Below are positions 25,501-37,700 of a DNA stretch of 64,000 nucleotides, in pieces. Source of the DNA: Tubiluchus corallicola. Its lineage: Eukaryota > Animalia > Priapulida. The stretch covers positions 186,001-250,000 of the forward strand of contig JAQGDQ010000190.1 of the NCBI GenBank assembly GCA_030141605.1, written 5' to 3'. The first letter of the stretch is position 1. Each line of letters begins with the position of its first letter. The position numbers and the translations under genes are program-made. Below the pieces are notes generated by a model that did no database searches, was not told the origin of the DNA, and saw nothing but the letters and a program-made list of their open reading frames with translations.

Positions 25501-26926
25501 CTTAAGCACAAATGCTCTTCCATTGAAGTTTCCTAACTTTATTTTTGTATAGCGTATATACCAAATATTATTAAAAGTATTTTTGTATAAGCAAGCATTT
25601 TGTGATTATTATAATTAAATGGTAAAATGAGTTTCATGATAAATGATGACCTCACTTGTGTTTTGTTGGTTAACTAGGCAGGGGAAAGTTACCCGTTCAA
25701 GCTAAAGAGTGCTTGAAAGGCACTTCCGTAGCACATATTGTCAGGTCAGGTCCATAGATCACTGTAAAAAGTCGCTGACACTTTTTGTTTTGTCCTAAGT
25801 GGAGCAACCATACTTTTGTGCTGTAGTCAGTGCGAGATTGGAAAATACTTACATGCCTGCTCTTGCAATTTCTAAAGTTGTAAAACTGACCAATGGCATT
25901 CCTGTACAACTGTTGGGATTCTTCTTCCATAATCTTGACTGTAGATTTTGTTCATTGTTTCTGCAATTTACTCAAAGCTTGTATATGGAAGAGGTTAAAT
26001 TTCTTGGGTCCTGAGACAATAGGTGATGTTGTTTTTTGGCTACCGTGCTGTTGTAATAGTGTGTTGCATTCTTTTGATTAATCTGTTGTATTGATTTTTC
26101 ACCATCTCGTTGTAATTAGTGCTTGTAAGAATTTCGGCAATAGTTCGCTTTCTTTATTGCATGATATTCCTGCAGACGCTTTTACTTTTGCTTGCAGTGA
26201 GATGATTATTAGTTAGTCATTGATTTATTTACTAACTTTTATTGCTATGGTGTATATAGTTCTGAGGTAACTTAGAAAAATGCTGGTTTTTGCTGTACTT
26301 TACATCGTTTACTTTTTCCAAATTTCATCATATCATCATATTGCTTCAGTGAAAATGCAACATTTGTTTCTATATTAAAAATAATGCCCATTAGATAAGA
26401 TGTTTCAGTATTGAATTTACCCATGACAATACAGAGCATTACTGATAACAGCTGATATTTGTGTGCCATTTTGAATAATTTATGACAGCATCTATTCTCA
26501 CTGGAGTTTGCCACCTTATAATGATGCATTGTTCTAAAAACTAAGCCTGCGTAATGCATGCAAGCACCATTGTTCACTTAGACAAGTATTCAATTCAAGA
26601 ACACGGAAATATAATAACATATTATCACAAAGGTTAATCATCATCATTAATATAAAAATGTTAACTAACAATTGCAGTGTTATCCACAAGTTTTCAGCTA
26701 CAGCCTCCAATGTTGAAGGCAATGCCTTTAGTTCTACACAAGAATTTTTATCCATGTTCAGACTGCAGCATTTAAATATAAACTTTATTTTAAGTGGATT
26801 GAGAAGCAGACTGCAGTGTTCCATGTTGTGCAATGAGCATGTGCACAATTATTATAATACGGAGTGCTAATTAATTAAGCGTGCTTTCTGGACAAGAATA
26901 GGACATCTTCCATGATTGGTATTACT

Positions 26927-26937
26927 AATAAAATAAA
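26927..26937 (+). terminator. candidate poly(A) signals of the POT1-like transcript
   Basis: Two overlapping AATAAA hexamers, followed by GT-rich sequence at ~26975-27000. Confidence 0.45.
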
Positions 26938-28750
26938 AAAAGAAAGATTCAGGATAAGTTAAATGTCATTTTAATGTCTGAGTGACAATGTGATGTGTGA
27001 CAACAAGTATAATACATTCAAATTCTTATTCAGCATCCTCTGCACAATATAGCTATATACAGTAAAAAAACTACGCACTATCTTGCGACTACGTGACACA
27101 AGTTCAATTTCTGCTTATATACATGTACACATTTAATATGATTTAAATAAACAAATGAGCTATTTGTACTGCAAGTAAAACTTATTTCTTACTTCTGCAA
27201 GCAGAGGCTTTCTACAGAATAAATTACACTCTGAGTGAAACTAGAAATTCATACATCCAAGTTCACACCTTTAGTGATAATTTTTTGCATTGCAGTGATC
27301 CGAGTAAATTGCTTTACTGTAACACAATTTCAGCAAATTAACAGCAATAATTGTCCATTGCTGATACTATGGATAAGGTGTTTATCAGCAAGATTATCAC
27401 TTGGTCAATATTAATATTACTATAATCAGGTTCCGCTCATTTTCATAAAAACTGCATTTTAAACACGTAAAAATTATAAACATTTTCTATTCAACAGATG
27501 TTCAATTTGCTCACATAACGTTCTATTATTTAATGTTATTATTCACAGTTTAAAAAAACATTTAATCTCCCTACAAATTACGTGCATGTGATTATAACAT
27601 TCAGTACTCTGCAGTGCAAAAATTTCCACAGTTTAAAGAGGAATTGCTTGACAAGCTTTAGCTTACAATATGCCTCTTCTAGTGTTTTGACCATGATGAC
27701 AACTAACTAAAGAGCACAACACTCAAAGTATACATCACAATTGCAGGGAGTTTACTGTATAAAAAGTTATGTACATATCATGCGAAAGACACACTGCACA
27801 CATTAAATGCAAATTCATCATTATTATGGTACTTATTTTGCCTACTTAACGAAAAGAAATTATTTAAATATTTACACAAGACTAAACCTGTTTCTAATGC
27901 AAGTAAATAACTACTTACAATAGTTTATAATCAAACATGGCGACAATAAAAAATGACTAGTTGTAAAATTAATAAAAGTACAAAACACTATTACATGCAC
28001 AGCCAGACCGATAGTATTATACACATATACAGATGACGACAATCGTATTTACATGGTACAATAATAATTCTACTGATATAATAAGACTGAAGACCAGATT
28101 AATATTAGATATTGATTTTACTTGTATTAAAAATGTACAAGTAATAAAAGGTGGATTTAGAAATCCAGAACAAACACGAAACAAATTGGGTATAGGAAAG
28201 CTTCACTTCCTTAAGTGCTAACCTAGTTTTCAAATAACAGGAAGCTTATTTTTGGATTCTTGGGCAAGATTTTTGCAACGACTTCTCAGTTTTATTTGCC
28301 ACCATAAATGTTTTGTAATAGGCACTTTAAGCGCTCCCATATTATTTGGGATTTTTTGGCAGTGCACATTTATAATGTCAAGTAAAAACAAATTGCATCT
28401 CCATGTAAACAGTTTCACAAAAGATCAACACAGAAAAAAGAACATGTATACCGTGTTGCCAAACAATGATTATGCTAATAACCTGAAAGCTGTAACACCT
28501 TAGAACATTAACCTAACAAAAGCTCCAGGCCTCTTTAGTTTATTGCATAATTCTTCAAATTTATTTCAGTGATGGAAATACCATCATTATTTATACAGCT
28601 GAGCACTTTGCAAAGCCAGGGTCCAGCAATCTATTGCCATAAAATATACAATGGCACCGCTTCTTTGCTTTACATTAACAGAACATTAAACAGTATAATT
28701 TTCTGACTTTCACATAAGGTGCCTTTTCACGCTGTTGGAACAACATGACT

Positions 28751-31700
28751 TTATCGTAAAAATGGATGAAAAGGTGCAGCACCTCCTCCACGTGCGGCAT
28801 CTTCCAGAGCTCGCAGCTTCTGCTCCCTTTCTTTTTTCATAACTTGCTCATGTTGCTGCTGCCTAAAATATATATGAAATTCTATCATTGACTGTACACT
28901 AGCCTACTATGTTATATGTGTGCTTGCAAACCAAACCGTCCATAAATCGGCATAGTTAAAACTGCGTTATGATGCTTCAAAGTAGTAGAAAGCACCAGAA
29001 ATTTGGTAAAATGTTAATTTTTGCTTTTTTATAAAAACAAATGCTAAAATATTGGACTTTAATATTCTAGCACCAAATTATCCAGAAAATGTCCAAAAAT
29101 ACTAAAAATCAAATTTTATAACCCGTGCCCACTTTTCTAACTAGAAACTAGTACTACAATTGTAAAAAAGCTTGTATTTTCAAACTCCGCTAGTAGCTCG
29201 TGGAAACAGTCATTTTGCTTCTGGTTTTTTTCTGTTAACAAGACCAAATCATCGTCAGGAACAGCCATGTATTGGATTTAAACATAACTTCAATGTGTTT
29301 TTGCGAAGTCCATAGCAACCAACATTAGTAGAGACGCGACAAAAAACAATGGCTAGCTTTAACAGCGATTTTCTCAAGTTTATGTTTTTGAGTGTGTAAC
29401 GTTCAACTAAACTTCAACGTAGATTATCTCAGCTTAGAAATAACATAGAGCAATGAGCTTGGTATTAAAATGATCCTCATGAAACGGAGATTCAGGGTAT
29501 GTGAATAACTATGAAAGCTTAATTGACAACTTATGGACGATTTTGGTATGCAAGCACACATATGACATTTATTGTCTTTTGTCTCTCATGAAGATACCAT
29601 ATTATTATATCATAAAATCTAACAGGCTTTCTCAACATACAAATCCAAAATATAAATCTACCACTTCAGTACTAATTAATTTGCTTCAAAATATCACAAA
29701 AAATAGACTGTTAGAAAGACAACTAATAATAGAAGAATTTATCTATTAAACAGATTTAAAAAACTCTCTGCAAAGCAGCATATGACACTGTGGGTGAGAT
29801 GTAATGGTTTCGTGATTCAGTAGGTACTTTCACGTCTCAGCACCTGTTCCACTGACATGGAGGACGCAAGTAAATGTCACTGGCAAGTTTAGTTCAATAT
29901 TTGCTGGTGGCAGTCATACAGAATGAAAATATATTTTATGGTACATTCCTTTTTGCTTGACAAAGTATAAACCAATTTTTTCTATCATTTTCTAATACAA
30001 GTAACAGTGCTATTGGTACAGCTGCCTGCACATACCTAATGTATTCCTCTTGTGCCAACATTGCATGCTGCTGCTGTTGCCTTTCTCTGTCCATCAACAT
30101 TTGCCTTTGTAAGTGTTCCGCATGTACAGCAGCTAACTGTAAACAACAACAGCGAAAGATTAATGAAAGGTCAAACAATGTAAACATTCAAAATTACAGG
30201 AAACTGCAATTATGGAAATTAGGTAGTTTCTTATAGATTTAAACGCAGAGCTATCAAAGAACAGCCAGCCTAATGCAAGTTTTTGATAAACTGAAAAATA
30301 ATTATTGAAAAAAATTGTTAACCAATAATCCACGACATTAGTTATTGAAATATAAATAGTAAATTTGACAGCAAATTCAACACAAATGTAGCAACATGAG
30401 AAATTTCAGAAGCACACCAGATTGTAACGTTCCAAATTGTTAAAGGCACAAGATGCAGTGAAAATGCACAGTAATGTTTACTACAGGGGTGGGTTAAAAT
30501 ATGTCACTGTATTTCCAAGATGAATGATATTCTTAAGGTTAGAAGAACAATACTTCTGCCAGTTTGACATCACATAATTTACATAATGTTACTCATCTGG
30601 GTTAAAGCAGCTATTACTGTAAACATGATAGCAAGAATTGGAATGACAGGTAAAATATGGCTATGTTTGGCTTTGTCAGTTTAAACACAACTACCGCATT
30701 TCAGGTATGAAGCAAAGTTTGGTGACAGTGTTGCACTTTAATTAAAGAACAAGAGTAAATCAATTGTTAGTTAGCTCCAATACAGCAAATTAGACTTAAA
30801 ATGCTTCTTTACCATTGAATCGCATTCACAGCATTCCTGAAATTATGAAACTGGCTTGTCAGTAAGCCCTCATTCGTCCAATGAGCAAGCTATCTTAATA
30901 GTAACCACGGATGTTACCGAAATGAAAATTCCGTTTCAGTTTGCTGATAATTGCACTTTCAGATCAATTTCGTTTTCATCAAAAATTATTAAGTTTCGCA
31001 AACGAAGCTGTTGGTAATTTTCAATAACATTTTTCCGAGGTTTTAATAGTATTTATACAGCTTACCTTTCTTTTCTCCTAAATGTTAAAAACCGCTGAAT
31101 AATCTTGGCTAAAACAGTTAATATAAAGCAAAAATATACATAGTATTCTACTTATTTCAGAATTTTGTTGTTTATAGTTTTAATAGTACTTGGTTTTGCA
31201 AAAATGATTTTGGTTCGGTTTCATTTCGGTACTGGTTTCCTAAATTTCGGTTTCGGTAACAACACTAATAATAACATCACTGTAAAAAATGATAACAATC
31301 ATCCTGCTGTGAAGCAAAGAGACAGAAAACAAGCAAAACAACGTAGCACAACTCACCGGATTTAGAGGATCATAAGGTCGAATTAAGTCGTGTGGCGGTC
31401 CAGCAGCGGCCGCTATCACAGGATCAATCATCGCGTATGGAGGACGGGGAACACCTGCAAGTGCGCTGGGAGGTGGCACAAATGGAGACACGCCCGATCC
31501 TACAGGTGGAGGATGAAAAGGAGTTTCCGAGCTAGACGACGGTGTGTTTCCTGAAACAGTTAATCACAGGTAAATGAATGGTAAAGACAATACTACAATA
31601 TAGCAATAGTATGTGAAAGGAATAAGTGCACATGTTCACTTATTGAACATACAGTCAAACCTCTTCATACCGCCCACTTTGGGACATATAGCCAGGGCTG

Positions 31701-34700
31701 TGGAGTCAGTACATTAAACTCCCCACTCCGACTCTTAGAATTTTATAAGATCCATGACTCCGACTCCTAAAATTTTAGGAGCCTTAACTCTGACTCCTGA
31801 TTTTAAATAATAGTTTGTAGTACTCGCAATATTTAGCTACATTGGCATTTCATCACTACTAAATGAATCATCAGGCTATTTCTTATGCTAAAATTCTCTG
31901 AATTTAAGTCTTAATTGTTATAGCTATGCCACTGAGGTATTTTATTATGTATAAGTATAGTATTAGGTATAATTGTTTCAAAATTAACTGGAGTTGGAGT
32001 TTCTCTCCGACTCCGACCCAACTCTGCCCTACTCCACCCCAACTCCGACCCCTGGTTTTAAATAATAGTTTGTAGTACTCTCGATATTTAGCTACAGTGG
32101 CATTTCACCACTACTAAGTGAATCATCAGGTTATTCCTTATGCTAAAATTCTCTTAAGTCTTAAAGGTTATAGCTATGCCACTGAGGTATTTTATCACAT
32201 ATAAGTTATTAGGTATAATTGTTTTAAAAGTAACTGGAATCAGAGTTTGTCTATTTTCACAGATTCCAATTTCGACTCCTTGAACAATAAGTGTACTCCT
32301 GAGTCCCGATTCTGACTCCAAAACCCTAATTTTTAACAACTCCGACTCCTATTCCTTTAGCAATAAATTTACTGCCAATTCCAACTCCACGACTCCACAG
32401 CCCTGGTTATGGCGAGTTTAAAATTATAACAAGGTTGTTAAATTTTGCCATAGACAAATCACAAAACAGTCAGAAAAGTGTACACAGGTAGAGTCCTCAG
32501 TTTTCACTCTAAAAGTTAATGAATTAAAAGAAAATGATTAAATTAATCATTTGTGATTTAATCACTCACTCAAAATCAAAGGCATTGTTATCAAAGGCAT
32601 TTTTTTTACATAATAAACATGTCTTGTACTCAACTATATAATAGGCTGTAAGCCTACTACCCAACTAAACTGGTATATGTAAAAAAGGTCAAGTCATAAC
32701 TACAAATTTCTTACTGGGATTTGATTGGAAGATTTTTAGCAAACAAACATCGCTTTTCTTGTGGCGAAAAAAGAACCACCTGCTTTCTTGTAGTGATCAT
32801 TTTGTAGGTGGTAAACAAATTTGGTGGTATAACGAGGTTTGACTATGTTTTCAATAAACATACTGAAAACAAATGTTTACTAGAAATGATTAATGAAGTG
32901 GGTTTTACATCAGGTTGTTTGTTTTAGAGTTTTATTTCTTTATTTAACCAACTTTTAACTGATCTCATGTAATAATCTACAAAATGAAACCTACTTCAAC
33001 ATAATTAGAAAAAACTTTCAAGACTGATTTTCAGGTAAGAAGTGAAGAGTAAACACTTTAGTACATATATAGCTATGTTTTTACTACACTTACCACCTAA
33101 CAAATGCACTGGCTGCTGATTTGGTGCATTAGGATCATGGACATGTAGATGAGTGTGTGAATGGGCATGCATGTGAGCTTGTAAAGCTGTACTCGTTGGG
33201 GTGGAAGGCATGTTTAATCGAGCCATTGGATCAGCTGCCATCATGCGTTCAATGTGTAGTCTCTCAGCTGACATGTGAATTTCCCGTCCAGATGTGTGAG
33301 GAGGAAGAGGCATACCAAATCTTTCGAGTCTCTCTTTTTCTAGCTGCTCTCTTTCCAGGAAGCCTAGGAAGAAAAACACGTGCAAAATGTAAAATACCTA
33401 TAACTTTATCACTGTAGATGAACAGAAGTCTTTTCTCAATTTGCAAAGCAGTTTAATCAAGCAAACACTAATATTTTTTTGGTAGTTATGTTGAAAGAAA
33501 TCTTGGAAGATAAAATGAAAGGAAAAGATAATTTTTCAACATTATGTCTTCGATATTAAATTCTATTTCCATGTTTCGTACCCTATTCCTATTCCATATT
33601 TCCATGTTACTTTTATGTACTTTGTCACATACAGAACAGAGAACCAGGATTCATTTGGTAAACAAAAAAGACAGCAAGCTGGCCATCCAAAAATGTAAAA
33701 ATAATCAATACCAGGAGGATAAAATCCAGGTGGCAGTCCACCAGGAAATCCCGCTGAATTTGACGCCATGTATTGTCGCTGAAGTTCCGCCCACCTAGCA
33801 GCTTCCACGGGATTAGCTCCAGGAGGCAATCCTGCCCCAAGAGGTTTCATGTCTATGGCAAGTCCCGACTTCATCTTCTCACGGAATTCCAGTTCCCGGA
33901 ATTCTCGCTCACGTCTTTCGTGTTCCATTTTTAACGCATTTTCCAGCTCCATCCTAAATAAAAGTGAAGTTCAACAATATTATGTATTCATTCACCTTCA
34001 TTTGTATTCAGCTGGCCAAATGCCAACACAAATACAAAAGTCTTCCAAAAGCTACGTTACACAAACACTAATAAATCTCTGTTGAAGCCATCATGAAAGC
34101 ATACATGACAATCACGCAGTACTCTTTCAGACAGTTTTCTCTAACTTCAGGCTTAAACAGCTTATAAATTTTCACTTATTGAATTGAAATTTTCATTGAA
34201 TTGGCTAAATTCACAGCACGCTTACTATAAAGTGTTCTGTCTGCAATTCATGGTAAATCTCATCATGTTAGCACAGCAAATGATTCTGTGCACTCATATC
34301 TTGGTTTGCCGGACCTCGCTTTTACGGATATTGGAAGAACCGGACAAAATCTGGACTATTAAAGTCCTGCACACTACAGGCACAGTCCGTTGTTTTGTGA
34401 GCTGACCGCTAGTTGACGGGCTGTCACTTTGTTCACTTCATTACACCAGTGTAACCAAGCAGTATGTTACGACTATACTTAACGTGATTGATTCTATATA
34501 TATTATAGTGCACAAATGTGAAGATGACATAAAAATAGTAAAAGTTCATTGGTCACACGAAAGTATCTTATCTAAGCATGTGCAGAAAAAATATAAAGTT
34601 AGCTGCTGATAATTTTTCTATACTCTTTTATAGGAGCAGCAACATCTTGTATAGGTACTAGACGCTTTTGAGACAAATAGGCTATTGATTCTACATTACC

Positions 34701-37700
34701 GTGAGTCTAATACACGACACATACTGCATTAGCTTAGTATCAGTAAATACGAACAATTAGCAAATTCGGACTGACATCGCCCCGCTTTTGTCTGACAAAC
34801 CAAGCTATGAGTTATGTATATTATCGCACATTATTCAGTAACATCACACTACCTCTCACGAGACCCAGGTGGATACAATCCTAATTGCAGTTGATAGTGA
34901 AGAAACGGATCAACAGCTTGATGCTGGTATCCCATAGCAATACTTGTTGGCAAGGGTCCACTTGGAGAAAATGCGGCATGCGGTCTAGCATACTGGCTTA
35001 ACGTGCGCAAAGCAGGAGTATCTTGAGACAACAAATGACGAGGTGAATCCCTAGGTGGTCCTGTTGACTCCAATACCTGAGGTGTGATTGGTTTTTTTGG
35101 AGTGGGTTTCTTTTCAGGAGTAACCTCTGCTTCTTTAGGTTTCTGTTAAATCAAAACAAACATGAAATTCAATATGCCAAAATGCGCATTTGCAACAAGA
35201 GACAGCATGCTGTCCAATCTGAAGACGGTGTCATCTGTCTTTGTCGCATGTCATCCTTGTCAACAATATTGTAATACAAAACAGATCAGTCATTCGACAA
35301 GGTGCTTAATTGTACTATGTTGCACACAAGTACTGATTTTGTTACAAAAATTAATGCAGTGTACACATCGAGTTAAAATGTAGCAAAATAGTTTCAGCCT
35401 GTGTCAAGTTGTAAATCATCCATTAAATCATCTCATTCATAAATCAAATTTTATTTGCACATGTGTATGACATAATATGATATAAATTGTATACATGTGT
35501 TTGCAACTTTAATCGATCCTGTTTGCCATTTATCATAATAAATATCTATCTATCTCACGATCTATAAATGCAACCAGTTACGACAAAAACCAATTTCACC
35601 ACGATTTAAGTAGTATTTTGCTATGTAATTGGTTAATAGCAAATTGTAATAAATGACCACCGCAGTAAAAACTACGAAAAAACACTAAACCAGTACAACA
35701 TTGCTTGCCTACTGATACAGCTAAACAAGTAGTTAAAGTCAGGTGTATTAATGTACCTTCTCTTCTTTTTCATTCTGCTCAGAAATTCGCTTCTGTTTTA
35801 TACGCTCCTTTGCCAGGCAAGATTCTGGGGTTGGCTTAAACGTTATATCACACCGGGAGCAAGAGTTGTACTTTCCGCGATATAATGAAAGAATGAAGCT
35901 AAATTGAAAAATAATCATACAGTCAAATGTTGATAAATAACAAGAACGCAATTGCAACTAATAAAACATTGTAAACAAACAAAGCAACATAACATCAGTT
36001 GATTTAAAAAGTGAAATTATAAATTGCTGTAATTGTCACAGCATCATGCAATTCCCAATAAAAAAGAGTTCTGCTGCAATTAACAAGTTTTTGCTGCGAG
36101 ACATTTGTTTTTAGAGTTTTGAACTAGACAGTCGAAAAAATACAGCTGTGGAAATATAACGATACTGGATACCGTTAGTACTTACATGGCAGATTTTGTC
36201 CTGCACAACTCTGTATTGTCCACTGTAGGTTCTGGAGAAGGTGTCCTCCGCAGTTCCACCTTCTCTTCTTCTTCATCCTCATACTCATATACATCAACTT
36301 CTTGCTTTACTTCTAAATTATCAGTTCGGCTTTTATCACTAAATACTGAAGTACTTGTTGGTCCCACCAAATCACCAGCAGTTTGAGGCAACACCGGCAC
36401 ACTTGTAGCTGGCTGCACTAAATCACTAGCAGTTTTAGGTAACACCGACACACTTGTAGCTGGCTGTGTTGAATCACTAACTGTTTTAGGTAATATTGAT
36501 GCACTTGCATCTGACACTGCTGGTTGTGTAGTCAATAAAGTATCTTTTGTTGAACTGGATGAGTCAGATTTCACATCACTGGAATTTTTAACACTTTTCT
36601 CATCGTGCTTCGGCAAACTAAACGCAGAGGAAAATGCATGCTTCACACTGCAGTTTTGACTAGGATGAAGTAAACATGACGGATCATAAAACTGTGGTGG
36701 CGCTAAATGCACTTTACCATCAGCCACACCCACTTTGTCACTGGTCCTATCCAACAATTTAAAGTTTTCCAATGTGCCTAATGTAGCATCAGGCCTGGGC
36801 AAGCCAGGATAGAGAGCTGGAATGTTACCAAATCTCGGTAACTCCATTGAGTATTTATCTCGATCAGAAACACTTTTAGATTCACTAACTTTGCTTGTCA
36901 AAATGTCAAATTTTAAATTATCTGCTACTTTTGAAGTATCATTCGACTGTTTTTGTGAATCAGGAACTAGTGGAGGAGGCTGAGGACGTAAAGACAATGG
37001 CGATGATTGCCTTGCCGCCACCGAAGGAGTTTTTGTTTCTTCCCCTGCCTGAACTTGAATACTAGAAAATAAATAATCACCTTAGTATGTTTACTAATAT
37101 TCAAAGCTTGATTTTTAGTAGTGGTGGTGGTGGTGGTAGTAGTAGTAGTAGTAATAATTCATTGATTCGGAAATACAATCTATGGAAGCAATGAAAAAAA
37201 TATACAGTTAAGATTAATGGTTATGATGTGACAGCTGCCTATTCTTGATGGCAAGAACCAGAAGTAAAACCTTGTTAGGTGCTTGAACCACACTGTAAGC
37301 ACCTCCAAATAACTGGAAAAAAGGAAAAAAAAATAGACGAGGATTTTAGGCATTTTACAAGGAAAAGTTGTGCAAAACAAGGATAGGAGTGCGGGATAAA
37401 AGAATGTTCAAAAGGATAGGAAGAATGGCTTATGAAGATTCAACTCAATGTGATCAGAAAGCGCTCGCTGTACGTTCTACTCAAAAAAAGAACACGAGGT
37501 TATGACTGGTGTGTCACACAGGAACAATAGGTGGTTATGGAGACTAATTTATATAAGTAGCAAACAGATATTGTTTAACTGATGATTTGAAGCGGTAAAT
37601 GTTATACTAGCACTTTACAGTGAGAGGTAATGAGTTACACAGTTTAGGTCGCTATAACTAATGAATTGTTTTGCAATATTGGTTCTACAGTAGATGAGTT

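Noticed and set aside
26272-28503. Several 60-105 aa ORFs between POT1 and RERE
   Set aside because: No recognisable motifs; consistent with UTR or intergenic noise.
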